This document shows, one piece after another, positions 24,791 to 37,410 of a stretch of 64,000 nucleotides of DNA. The DNA lies in NCBI RefSeq assembly GCF_006345805.1, contig NC_043011.1, forward strand, positions 29,710,464 through 29,774,463. The letters run 5' to 3'. How positions within the stretch are numbered: position 1 is the first letter of the stretch; every line of letters begins with the position of its first letter. The notes under the pieces are model-generated. The model saw only the letters and a list, made by a program, of their open reading frames with translations. It had not been told where the DNA came from and did not search any database. The DNA is from Octopus sinensis. Its lineage: Eukaryota. Position numbers and translations under genes: made by a program.

Positions 24791-25339
24791 GGGTAAAACT
24801 GGGCCTAAACAACCACAATCGCACTAAACAAACAACTAGCAAAACCTATGTGGCCATTCAGTCTTCAAAATATGACAGCCACATCTCGCTTTATCATTTT
24901 AGGAAAGGAAGAATACGTTAGTGTGATGCTGTTCTGAAAGACACCGTGTTCGGAAATAAGATGGGTTGATTGTAACTGGGAATGTATTCGATCTAGACCT
25001 GGGTTAACCACAATGTCAAAACCAAACATGCTTTTACACACACAAATGCATGCACACACATTAGGATTTCAGTTGCTGTGCATGTTACAGAGTTGAACCA
25101 GAATTCTAACTTGAATAACAATATACCGAATCCTTAAAATAATTAATAACAAAATTATTGGAGAGAGACTATATATATATACATACTCGCATGTAAGCAT
25201 CTATATCTATATCTTTATATATAGGCATAACAGTGAACGGTGAATAGACATCAATTTGTCTCAGAAATCATTCCAGCTGTTTCTGCAAGCAAAAATTATC
25301 TATTCTGCTCAACAGTCAAAAGGCTGTGATATATTTGTG

Positions 25340-25388
<49 letters not shown>

Positions 25389-25444
25389 GTTCTACACATG
25401 ATCGATGCACTGTGATGTATTTACTTCATATATATGTATATATA

Positions 25445-25487
<43 letters not shown>

Positions 25488-25606
25488 GAGAGAGAGAGAG
25501 AGGGGGGAGAGAGAGTGAGAGAGCAAGGGAGGAAGAGAGTGAGAGAGAAAGATAAATGTGTATACGCACATATATATCAATGTATATGTATGCACGTATA
25601 TGTATG

Positions 25607-25679
<73 letters not shown>

Positions 25680-25790
25680 ATATTTATAAATAAATATATA
25701 TGTATGTATGTATGAGTGTATGTATGCATGTATTTAAATATGTATATATGTATGGATGGATGGATGTATATATACATATAAGCTCACATA
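25340..25790. repeat. (TA)n/(GA)n/(GTAT)n microsatellite block
   Basis: Read directly. Confidence 0.95.
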
Positions 25791-26018
25791 CGCATACATT
25801 TAGATATAATTATATATGGGAAAGAATAGCTGTTTGACCTTAAAGATCAATTGTTGTACAGATCATTTGTTTTGTCTTGCAGCTTGCTTCCTGTTGCAGT
25901 AAATCAAATGTTCTTGCTTGCTCCTTTTTGAACAACTTCACTGTTTTGAATCAGAATTCTTTTCCTGTACTGCTGTATCAGCAAATTCGTTTGTACACCA
26001 AGGTTAAAGATAATTTAA

Positions 26019-27004
26019 CAGTTGCCATACCAATCCACCTGAGACCATCTTTGATAATAGGATACAAATTTCCTATTTCAAAGTGATCCAAATTAAATCT
26101 TTCTATTGAAATTCCATATTTATTTATGCTCCAAAACACTAGCTTAATAATAATGAAGTTATTTTACTAAATCCTTCACTATCAGGTGCAGGCATGGCAG
26201 TATAGTAAGAAGCCTACTTCCAAACCACATGGTTCTAGGTTCAGTCTCATTGTGTGACACCTTGGGCAAGTTTTATCTATATACTAGCAGTATCGCCCGG
26301 CGTTGCTCGGGTTTGTAAGGGAAATAACTATATAAGCATTTTTAGAGAGTTATAGCCAAAAAATAGCAAAAAAAAATGCATTAAAAATTGAAAAAAAATT
26401 AAGGTAAATTTTTTTAAATCGTTGACACATCGTAGATATTTTTAGAGAGTTACTTCCCTTATATAAAAGCGAAAAAAATGCATTAAAATGGAAAAATATG
26501 ATGGTAAACTTTTTTTAAATTGTAGACTCATCGTAGACGCGCGCTAATACCCAGAAGGGCTCGATATGAATCACGACTATAAGATACCCGCTTTTGGTTA
26601 AACTGCACCGCAAAATGTGGGAGTAATTACGAATGTAAATCGAAGGGGACAGACACACAACTTCACTCTTATATAAAGATGCTTTTTTTTTCAGTCATAG
26701 AGTTAGATTTATGAAGGTCTTCAGTAGAAAATCCTTCGAATTCTGACTCGCTGCTTGATATAATGAAATTCGTATCCATTTTTTGTCAGAATTACAAATT
26801 TTGAAAACACAATAGGAACAAATTTCGGAAAAAAATCTCCCATAATTCACGGAATTAAAATTACACTTCGATTTTTGTACAAAACTGTATTTGAAGTGTT
26901 TACGAAGTATAATACGTGTTTTCACAAATGTACTAAAGAGATTTACTCTGATATTCTCATTTAAATATGAATAGGTAAATTCGGGCGGTTTGGTAACAAA
27001 AGGG
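26019..27004 (-). mobile_element. piggyBac-like element remnant(s): left end plus transposase-like N-terminus, diverged right end, interrupted by a Helitron and a SINE A fragment
   Basis: Minus strand begins cccttttgttaccaaaccgccc (matches the F2 TIR; flank TTTA); ATG at 26779 gives MDTNFIISSSESEFEGFSTEDL; F2-like right end ...ggtatggcaactg|TTAA at 26015-26018. Confidence 0.5.
26284..26679 (-). mobile_element. Non-autonomous Helitron
   Basis: 5' TC (tctttatataag), 3' hairpin cccgagcaacgccggg then CTAG, inserted between A and T; shares termini with 51697-52212. Confidence 0.85.
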
Positions 27005-27258
27005 TTTATATAAGTGTCGTCTGTTTATACATAAACACTGTTTCATACTGTCGCTAATTTACTCTCTTCCAAGAACATTTTCACTCACTGTTATCTGTTA
27101 GCTTCCCATACATTTTACTCATGTATCTATCAGCATGATAGAGAGAAACAAATATTATATCTAGTTTCACTTTATTCGTCGCACACTGTGTGTGTGCGTT
27201 TGCGTGTGCTGTAAACCAGACTAAGAAAAGCATTTGACACACACACCAGAATGTGAGT
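27005..27258 (+). promoter_or_regulatory. Candidate promoter and non-coding first exon
   Basis: TATA-like ttatataag at ~27006, locally CpG-rich unique sequence, strong donor ccagaat|gtgagt (GT at 27253). No transcript evidence. Confidence 0.3.
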
Positions 27259-27579
27259 TTTCTGTAAATTTTGCTTAATTGGAGTTTAAATTTTAAAAAC
27301 TGGACCTGGCATGACGCGATGCGTTGTACTCTTAAAAATGCTAGGTAAATTGTAATTGAAGAAATCCTATATTGTAGATTTGTATAACTCCCAAAGGGAG
27401 GCAGATAAAATCTGCCTTTTATAATAAGAGATAAAGGTAACACACTTAGTTGTGTTAACAAAGGAATGTGGGTTCATGTCCCATGCGGATAGGAAAGCTT
27501 TCTTTTTTTCTGTTCAGGGCTTTTATGCCCCTTTATTAGTCTATTTTCCTTAGTCATGGTGATCACCATAAGCTTTAAG

Positions 27580-27616
<37 letters not shown>

Positions 27617-27706
27617 GATAGATATATATATACCATTATTATTATTTACAGGATTGTAAAACACACCACTGTATAACAAACAATTCACACCAATATATAT
27701 ATATAT

Positions 27707-27747
<41 letters not shown>

Positions 27748-27757
27748 CTATCTATAA

Positions 27758-28078
27758 GTGAGGGCACGTGGCTTAGTGGTTAGGGCATTCGGCTCATGAT
27801 CGTAAGGTTGTGAGTTCGATTCCCGGCGACGCGCTGTGTCCTTGAGCAAGACACTTTATTTCACGTTGCTCCAGTCCACTCAGCTGGCAAAAATGAGTTG
27901 TACTTGTATTTCAAAGGGTCAGCCTTGTCACTCTCTGTGTCACGCTGATTATCCCCGAGAACTACGTTAAGGGTACACGTGTCTGTGGAATGCTCAGCCA
28001 TTTGCACGTTAATTTCACGAGCAAGCTGTTCCGTTGATCGTATCAGCTGGGACCCTCGTCGTCGTAACCGGCGGAGTC
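27758..28078 (+). mobile_element. SINE family C, young CpG-intact copy
   Basis: A-box tggcttagtgg, B-box gagttcgattccc, gtgtccttgagcaagacactt domain. Confidence 0.9.
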
Positions 28079-29107
28079 TTTTTTTATCTATCTATATAAA
28101 CGAACTTTTGCAGGCATGGTGGGGGAGAATGTTAGTAGCAATTTAGCTGGCAGACTTTGGCTGATGAGAAATCAGGCACCTTTTTGGCACTAAATTTCGA
28201 AACCGGTACCAGGTTGACCAGCATTTACTTGTTCTGACCCATTAGAGGTAAGAAATTACTATCGTTCACTGATATTTTTTCCTATCATGTCTGTAATAGA
28301 TTTGTGACTATTCGGTGGTACAGAATTATTTTTCAACTTCTATTTTTTAGTGATATAGGTACTCATGTAGTATCCTTGTATATATATGTACATATCTAAT
28401 ATTGTATGTATATATTTTATTAATTTGACTGTACGGCTGATAATTCGTTTACCACTCATGATGGTATTTGAATAATATCATCCCTATAATTATATGTATA
28501 TATATATATATCATGTGTGTGTGTGTCTTTGTATCATTGTTTGTCCCCACCACTGCTTGACAACTAATGTTAGTGTGTTCATGTCACCATAATTTAGTGG
28601 TTTGGTGAAAAAGACCGATAGAATAAGTACCAGGTTTAAAAAAAAAAACCAGTCCTGGGTCAATTTGTTCAACTAAAACTATTGAAGGCAGTGCTCCAGC
28701 ATGGGCGCCGTCAAATGATGAAAACAAGTAAAAGGTATCCCTCAAGCTGTGTGTTTCAACAGAAATGTGGTCACAAGAAGGTTAAGATATTCAGAGGAAA
28801 GAAGCTAACTCAATAGCCTTTGACCAGGAAAACATGGCCTTTACGTCTTGATGAGAGGGATTATGGCCTATAGATGGCAACCAGAGAACAGCAGCATGGC
28901 CTACACACAGTAGAATAGCTAGAGTGCAGGGTATTCAGGGCAGCATTTGAGTTTGCTGTCACCCACCACACTACCTTGGGTCCCTAAGCCTATACAACCT
29001 TATACAGCAGACCAGCAAGTGCCACCTCCAAAAAGTGTCACTTGAGGCACACCATCCATCTTTCCCCATCCTATAGATACACACTGCTATGTACAGATGT
29101 TATAGTT

Positions 29108-29245
29108 TATAGTTGTTAACCAGACCTATAGCATGACCTATAGATGTTAAAGCATGACCTATACTTGTTAACCAGAGAAGCCTAACCTATAGTTGTTAAC
29201 CAGAGAAGTATGACCTATAGTTTTTAACTAGAGAAGTATGACCTG
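29108..29245. repeat. ~29-bp minisatellite (cctatagttgttaaccagagaagtatga-like) x~5
   Basis: Read directly; the first units are degenerate. Confidence 0.8.
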
Positions 29246-29529
29246 TGGATCTTGATTTATAGGTGTATAGGTTGTTGTTGTTGCTGCTGCTGTTCAGTTC
29301 AGTTAATCCTGATTAACCATTTTGCCTTCATATTCCTGTTGAAACACACTGTTTTATTTTAATTAATTTTGAAAGAATTTTACAAAATATCTTTTTTTGC
29401 AAAATAACTGGTGTATAGAACCTAAATTTTATATGTAATTTTGACGAATGGTTTTTATATAAATAATTCTAATAATAAGTTTATTATAAATCCAGGGCCA
29501 CTCTCAGGTGGTCTGGCATCAAAATGGAT

Positions 29530-29775
29530 AAACATACATATACGTGCCAGTGGCACGTAAAAAGCACCATCCGATCGTGGCCGTTTGCCAGCCTTGTCTG
29601 GCACGTAAAAAGCACCCACTACACTCATGGAGTGGTTGGCATTAGGAAGGGCATCCAGTCGTAGAAACATTGCCAGATCAGACTGGGCCTGGTGCAGCCT
29701 TCTGGCTTCCCAGACCCCAGTTGAACCATCTAACCCATGCTAGCATGGAAAGTGGACGCTAAATGATGATGATGA
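29530..29775 (+). mobile_element. RTE LINE 3' UTR (family D) with (GAT)n tail
   Basis: ggagtggttggcattaggaagggcatccag ... gtggacgctaaatgatgatgatgat; the link to RTE coding sequence is visible at 50700-50897. Confidence 0.85.
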
Positions 29776-30522
29776 TATCCAAAAATCCTCTAGCTATGGT
29801 CATCCTATCTATATTTTAGACTATATTAGCCAATGTGTAACATAAAAGAGATGTGACTGCTATTTTTAACATATTGAATAACCACATAGAAGATCCTCCA
29901 TTGACTTGTAGTCTACATATATATGTAATTATTTATATCCAGGTCATTTCTGTTTGAGTTGTCCTATGATTATAGTCAATGCAGACATAGTCAGCCTATC
30001 CTTTGTATTTTCAGATATAGTGCATTCAGTACTTTATCGTCCAATTTATCTCCTCCCCTTTCAGATGATTGGGTGTGATAACAGGGCAGTTTAATTGCTT
30101 TTTCTTGTAGTCCCCACAAAAAAAAAAACACATATAGTATCCTATATGTTGGCTCATTACATACAGATAAACTGCACAGGTCTCTGACAATCTTACATAG
30201 TGACTACAAAATGTAAAATATTCGTTTCCAGCATTGGTTTTTAAGGGTGGGGTATAACTGATTAAATCTCCCATTAAATGGAAAATGCAAAGCTAATCAC
30301 TCATTTTCTCTAGGTCTCCATATATCTTGTAAGACTACAGATTTGAACCTTGAAAACTATTGTTCAAGGCTACAGGCCTGGGTAAAGTGGCTTATAAAAG
30401 ACCAGTAACTGCCTATACTTGCAAAACTTATTTCTCCATGCTGACATTGATGTCAAAGAGAAAGGCAAGTTTGATAGATCACTTACATTTGATGGATATT
30501 TGTCCTCATCTTGTTTGTTGTT

Positions 30523-30568
30523 AACACAATGTTTCGGCTGATATACTCTCCAGCCTTCATCAGGTGTC
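30523..30568 (-). ncRNA. Minimal type I hammerhead ribozyme motif
   Basis: gacac-CUGAUGA-a-ggcug(gagaguauau)cagcc-GAAA-cau-u-guguu; stem III ACGU appears decayed to ACAU. Confidence 0.7.
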
Positions 30569-30649
30569 TTGGGGAAATTTCGAACCTGGGTTATCATTCC
30601 TAAGGTATTTTTCGATGTTGTTGTTGTTGTTATTATTATTATTATTATT

Positions 30650-30724
30650 CAGGTCACTGCCTGGAATCGAACTCGGAATCTTGGGGTTAGTAGTCCGTGC
30701 TCTTAATCACTATGCCATATGCCC
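30650..30724 (-). other. tRNA-like (Pol III A/B box) sequence inside the Penelope-like 3' region; not a functional tRNA
   Basis: gggcatatggcatagtgattaagagcacggactactaaccccaagattccgagttcgattccaggcagtgacctg followed by (AAT)n(AAC)n. Confidence 0.7.
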
Positions 30725-31494
30725 GTGGGCGATTATGGAGTGATTTTTAGGGGGTAGAAATCTGATATTCACCTATCCTTCCTTAATACTGGTTCCCATA
30801 TGCTACTCATATCTGCACTCGGTCTGCTTAAGAGGTTGTTGTGTCCTAGCATATGTGCTGCTTCTTTTAGTTTTCGTATTTTCCAGTGGTGTTCTCTGTC
30901 TATTATTTTAACTTCATCTCACAACATCGAAAAATACCTTAGGAATGAGGACCCAGGTTCGAAATTTACCCAAGACACCTGATGAAACGTTGTGTTAACA
31001 ACAAACAAGATGAGGACAAATATCCGTCAAATGTAAATAATGTACATAATTCCTCATCTCTTAAATATAGAACTGAAGTTTGATACAGTTTGGCACCAAT
31101 GTTAGCATGAATGTTGCTACCAGAATGCAAATAGTCAGAACAAATGCCATAATACATTCCATGTCACATTCTAGAAATTCCAGCAACCTGGACCAACATT
31201 ATATTTAGTGACACCAGAGGCTTTGGTAGAATTTGCACTCTGAAATACAGAGAACTGAAACAAATGCTTTAACAGTACAATCGACCCACCAACCTGACTG
31301 AAAGAGATGAAAGGTTAATTGACCTTGGGTAAGCCAATAGAAAATTTTGCAAGAATAACTGAGTATTAAATCTCCAATTTCACCACCACTGCCGCCACCG
31401 TTTAGGGGCCTGATTCTGATCTATGTATGCTGTGACTTACTGTCAAAGAATCAATACTATCAGCCCAAGAGAAATGACTTGCTAATAATCTTTT

Positions 31495-31705
31495 CTTGTC
31501 TAGGGACAAGACCAGAAATTTTTTGGGAGGGGGCCAGTCAATTAGATTGACCCCCAGTATGCAATTGGTACTTAATTTATTGACCCTGAAAAGATAAAAG
31601 GCAAAGTTGACCGTGGTGGAATTTGAACTCAGGACATAAAGACGGATGAAATACCACTAAACATTTCGCCTTCCATGCTAACGTTTCTACCAGTTTGCCG
31701 CCTTA
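31495..31705 (-). mobile_element. SINE family B
   Basis: Typical B tail-to-head sequence. Confidence 0.85.
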
Positions 31706-33184
31706 CTGATTTGCCAATGATGCTGCTAAGATGGCTCTATTGAGGAGAGAGAAAAGACATGTTTAATGAAGCTGCTAAAATAACCTTTCATAGTTGTATG
31801 AGCAACACATTTTCACATCTAAGTTTTCAACAATAATTCTACTGTCACCTTTAACCTTTTAGCAGGGTGCTCCTGAAACAGCTGTCAAGATAAGAATATT
31901 ACATAACTTCTTTTGTTTTCTTCATTCTGTTATCTACATTTTGTATTCCATGTAAATACACACCTTAAGCCAACATATGTTTAACTGCCTTTCTCTCTCT
32001 CTCATATATATATAATTTAGTGGTTCAGCAAAAGAGACCAATAGAATAAGTACCAGACAAATCCTATAGTCATTTGTTCAACTAAAGACTCTTCAAGGTG
32101 GTGCCCCAGCATGGCCACAGTCAAATGACTAAAACAAGTAAAAGATAAAAGATAAAAGATACATACATGCATATATATATATATGTGTGTATATATATAT
32201 ATATATGTGATGGGTTTCCACAGCTTATGTCTACCAAATTAACTCACAAGGTATTGATCAACTGAAGGCTATAGAAGACACATGCTCTAGGTGCTGTGCA
32301 GTGGCACTGAACCATGAACCAAGTGATTGCTAAGCGAGTATCTTAACCACACAGCCATTCCTGAACCTATAGATGTCCTTCCTGATATGAGCCCTCTTAG
32401 TTTCCATTTATGACATTCAGAGATACAGCGTAGTTATCCTAACAACATGGATACACAACAAATTTGTTCACAAAAAACATGAAAATGAATATAAGTGAAA
32501 CCTAAGATTTTATCATTCAGTACGTTGACATGCTAAGCAGTTAAATAGCAACTCTAAAAAAGCACCAAACCCACATAATTATTTATAATTTCTTAAAGAG
32601 CTCTGTGATTACCAATGCAACTGCAACATTAACTTAAATTACTGCAGCTAATTAAGAGATAATTGTTCTCTGTTTCTTGACGAATCTCTTAAGAATTTGC
32701 AATTTAAAAGCTTTCTAACGAATACTGGATATTATGATTGCTGATATGATTTTACAGGAGAATGTCATATTAAAAATTCAATAAGAAGTTGGACACTGAC
32801 AGTTAGTTATTGGTCTAGCATCACATTAGGTGTGCCGTGCAGTTGTAGATTTATATTGCTATTATTTATGTATCACTAACATGAATACATGTATGGCTAT
32901 GTGGTTAAGAAGGCAGATCTACAACTATGTGGTTACAGGATCAATCCCACTGTACAGACATCAGGCAATGGGGCTTTTTCTACAACAACCCTGGATCCAC
33001 CAGAATCTTTTGTGTGAAATTTGATAGATGGTAAGTTATGTAAAAGCCTATGACTGGGGCCATTCCTATTTTTATTTAAAAAACTTGCTCCACTAACTAA
33101 ACCATTAAAAACATGCACATACATATATTAAAAAAAGTGATAAATGCGCCCTTTTTAAAACCTAATCAGGCTCATGAGCCTGGT

Positions 33185-33360
33185 TTCAATGGCGTATGTG
33201 TTCCCCAGCTGCACGAGACGCCATTCCATCACAGTGTTACTCATTTTTGCCAGCTGAGTGGACTGGAGAAATGTGAAATGAAGTGTTGTGCTCAAGAACA
33301 CAACGCATCGCCCGGTCCAGGAATTGAAACCACAACCTAACCACTAAGCCACGTGCCTCC
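33185..33360 (-). mobile_element. SINE family C, partial
   Basis: Reverse complement of the head and V-like domain (...accactaagccacgtgcctcc). Confidence 0.75.
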
Positions 33361-33661
33361 ACTAATATTGTAGCATACCATACCGAAAATATATATTATA
33401 CAGATGTTACGTTAAATGAAAAGCACTCCACTTACTCCAAGTAAAAGCTGACATGGTAAATTCAATAGTTTAATGAGGAAAGACAATATATTCATAGATT
33501 CAGAGTCACAGTAGGTAACATAATCAGAAAAGGTGACTACCACACCAATAAAGGTTTTGATTTTCCATTAACCCTTTTCATACCAGCTTACCAGAAACTG
33601 CCAATGGTTTTATCAAACAAACTCCCTGTTTGAAAATATTCAACATTAAAGCCTACATCGA

Positions 33662-34075
33662 TATCATCATCATCATCATCATCGTTTAACGTCCGTTCTC
33701 CATGCTAGCATGGGTTGGACGGTTCGACCGGGGTTCTGGGAAGCCAGAAGGCTGCACCAGGCTCCAGTCTAATCTGGCAATGTTTCTACAGCTGGATGCC
33801 CTTCCTAACGCCAACCACTCCGTGAGTGTAGTGGGTGCTTTTTACGTGCCACCTGCACAGGTGCAGGCGGGGGGCTGGCAACGGCCACGGTCAGATTGGT
33901 GTATTTTATGTGCCACCGGCACGGAAGCCAGTCGAGGCGGTGCTGGCATCGGCACACGAATCGGATAGTGCTTTTTACGTACCACCAGACCAGGGATCCT
34001 GGCTGGTTCAATTCGATTTCGATTTCGCTTGCCCCGACATGTCTTCACAAGCAAAGGGGGTTGGCATGGGTGCCT
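33662..34075 (-). mobile_element. RTE 3' UTR (family D), young copy with internal repeats
   Basis: (ATC)n tail, cgtttaacgtccgttctccatgc, three gtg(c/t)(t/a)tttta(c/t)gt(g/a)ccacc modules. Confidence 0.85.
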
Positions 34076-34086
34076 GTCGTACGGTA

Positions 34087-34099
<13 letters not shown>

Positions 34100-34123
<24 letters not shown>

Positions 34124-34309
34124 ACCTCGTGTGTACTGTTGGCGATTTTTTTTCCTCTGTCTTCCCTTCTCTGGATCTTTCCTTCTCCTATGTTTCCGAC
34201 GAAGAGCTCCACTCGAAACATTGAACCCTCCTTCTTTCCTTGGCATCCAATAATACTATATTGTTCCATGTCCTCACGTTGTTGTGTTTTTGTGGTTTTC
34301 TTGTTTGGA

Positions 34310-34320
<11 letters not shown>
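34100..34320 (+). mobile_element. Short pLTR-like repeat with hammerhead motif (34192-34226), within TG/TA tracts
   Basis: gttt-CCGACGA-a-gagcuccacuc-GAAA-cau-u-gaac (core mutated); inverted copy at 35245-35460. Confidence 0.65.
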
Positions 34321-34600
<280 letters not shown>

Positions 34601-35023
34601 ATATGAGCGGTTTAGTCCAATGATGATATAAATGAATAGGTATGCTGTGTAAGTGCATCCGTTAGGTTCCAAGCTGGAGCTAGAGATCTACAGTAGGCTT
34701 CTATGTCAGCAGGTATCTGTTAGGTTCCCCCGTATGCTAATGACTCTGCCAGGTCACCTCTTCCGCACAGACACATATATATTGATAGTAACTTACCACA
34801 TACAAACACATCAATAGAGCACAAGTCAAACTATAACCTCAGAAATTCATACCAAAACATGCACAAGTCCAGGAGTGGCTGTGTGGTAAGTAGCTTGCTT
34901 ACCAGCCCCATTGTTCCGGGTTCAGTTCCACTGCATGGCATCTTGGGCTAGTGTCTTCTACTACAGCCTTGAGCCACCCAAAGCCTTGTGAGTGGATTTG
35001 GTAGACGGAAACTGAAAAAAGCT

Positions 35024-35060
<37 letters not shown>

Positions 35061-35125
35061 GTGTGTATATATGTATATATATACATATATATATATGATA
35101 TATAATATATATATATATAATATAT

Positions 35126-35175
<50 letters not shown>

Positions 35176-35213
35176 TTACATATTATATATGTATATATGT
35201 ATATTTATATAAT

Positions 35214-35244
<31 letters not shown>

Positions 35245-35460
35245 GTTAATCCAAACATGAAAACACCAAGAGAAAACACAACAACGCGAGGACGTGGAAC
35301 AAATATAGTATTATTGGACACTCAGGAAGGAAGGGAAGAGAAGGAGGGTTTTATGTTTCGAGCGGAGCTCTTCGTCAGAAACATAGGAAAAGGAAAGATC
35401 CAGAGAAGGGAAGATGGAGGAAAAAAATCACCAACGGTACACACGCGGTCACATTTTGAT
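35245..35460 (-). mobile_element. Short pLTR-like repeat with hammerhead motif (35348-35382), flanked by (TA)n
   Basis: Minus: guuu-CUGACGA-a-gagc(ucc)gcuc-GAAA-cau-a-aaac. Confidence 0.75.
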
Positions 35461-35557
35461 ATATATATATGTGTGTATATATGTATATATGTATATATTA
35501 TATATATATATATGTATATGTATCATACATATATATACATATATATATGTATATATG

Positions 35558-35615
<58 letters not shown>

Positions 35616-35689
35616 ACACATATATATATATATATGTATGTATGTATATATATATGTATATATATATATATATATAATATATATATATA

Positions 35690-36160
35690 TGTTCCTTTTT
35701 GTGTCTATTTTGTGCCTCCACCATTGCTTGATAATTGATGTTGGTGTGTTTACGTCCCCATAACTTAGCAATTTTGCAAAAGCGACAAATAGAATAAGTA
35801 CTAGACTTACAAAGAATAGGTCCTGGGGTTGAATTGTTCATCTTCTACTATAGCTTCAGGCTGACCAAAGCCTTGTGAGTGAATTTGGTAGATGGAAACT
35901 AAATGAAGCTCGTCATACATACATACATATATATGTATGTGTGTGTGCGTGTGTGTGTTTGTGTTTGTCATCCCACCATCGCTTGACAACCGATGTTGGT
36001 GTGTTTACATCACCGTAACTTAGCAGTTTGTCAAAAGAGACCGACAGAATAAGTACTAGGCTTACAAAGAATAAGTCCTGGGGATCGAATTGTTCGACTA
36101 AAAGCGGTGCTCCAGCATGGCCACAGTCAAATGACTGGAACAAGGAAAAGAATAAACAAA
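35690..36160 (+). mobile_element. Tandem SINE A copies (tail half, then a head-truncated copy)
   Basis: Two successive cgtaacttagc...agaataagtactag modules. Confidence 0.8.
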
Positions 36161-36513
36161 AGAATAAGAACAATCCATGTTTAACAAATGTTAAACAATA
36201 CAAATGGAAACTGTAACATTCAGTCAAAGGTTAAAAAGAGAAAGAAAAAAATATCTCGAATTTGATATGCAAAAAAAGAAATGCTATATTTGAAAGGTAG
36301 TGCCCCAGCATGATCACAGTCTCATAACTGAAATTAGTGACAGAAAAGAAGAAAAATATGAGAATGCCAACAAAACAGGTATCTCCTTAAATAAATTTTG
36401 CCATGTTGAAATGTCACTTAATATTGAAGCTAAAGTATATCAGAAGATGTTTTGAAGATACTAAAATGTCTTCTAGTGTTTGATTACTAAAATTTGTCTC
36501 TATTATTTTCCCC

Positions 36514-36519
<6 letters not shown>

Positions 36520-36568
<49 letters not shown>

Positions 36569-37150
36569 GCACACACACATACATATATATCTACACACAC
36601 ACTCACACAAATACACACACACATAAATATATTCATAAGACTGGATTGTTTTCGTGTCAACGTCCTTGCTCAAGTGATATTCCCTGAGGAATCTTTTAAA
36701 GGTCATAGAAAAGAATTGAGCACCAACTCACATTATAAGGGAAGGACGTCCTCTTCATCACCAACATCGACAGCGTCATCATCATCACTGTCACTATTGT
36801 CATCATCATCATCATCATCATCATTTTAACCTTCATTTTACCATGTTCATACAGATTGGCCAGAGTATGTGCAACATTGCATAATGCTTTTTCTTCTTCT
36901 TATTTCTGTATTATCTTGTCCATAAATACCACTTATTCTATGTGTATTGAGTGCACACACATACACACACACACAAACACATACACACACACACATATAC
37001 ATACACACACATATACATACACACATGCACACACACACAGATATATATATTTGTGTGTATATGTATATATATATTCATATATATATATACACACACACAC
37101 ATGCACACACACAGATATTAATGTGTGTATATGTATATATATATATTCAT

Positions 37151-37187
<37 letters not shown>

Positions 37188-37410
37188 CATACATATATAT
37201 ATATATATGTATGCATGTGTGTGTGTATTTCATATTATGTGTATACACACACACACATGCATATGTATCATACATATTTACATGTATATAAATGCATACA
37301 TATATACATGAATAGATATACATACACGTGTTCATACGTATATACATGCACATACACATGAACGCATGCATGTGCACCCCCCACCCCCCCCACCCCCCAC
37401 ACACACATAT
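36520..37410. repeat. (TA)n/(CA)n/(CAT)n microsatellite-rich block
   Basis: Read directly. Confidence 0.9.

Larger units (their letters stand above)
30481..31076 (-). mobile_element. Penelope-like element: GIY-YIG C-terminal fragment, tRNA-like cassette, hammerhead pLTR and an inverted pLTR copy
   Basis: Minus-strand 30918-30769 = DEVKIIDREHHWKIRKLKEAAHMLGHNNLLSRPSADMSSIWEPVLRKDR*; 30481-30620 is the reverse complement of 30922-31038. Confidence 0.8.

Noticed and set aside
27758-27835. tRNA gene calls for SINE heads (also 30650-30724 and 39861-39935)
   Set aside because: A/B boxes are present but acceptor and anticodon stems are poorly paired, and the sequence continues into repeat bodies.
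30026-30274. 82-aa minus ORF and a possible + strand mini-exon (DIVHSVLYRPIYLLPFQMIG)
   Set aside because: No motif recognised in either.
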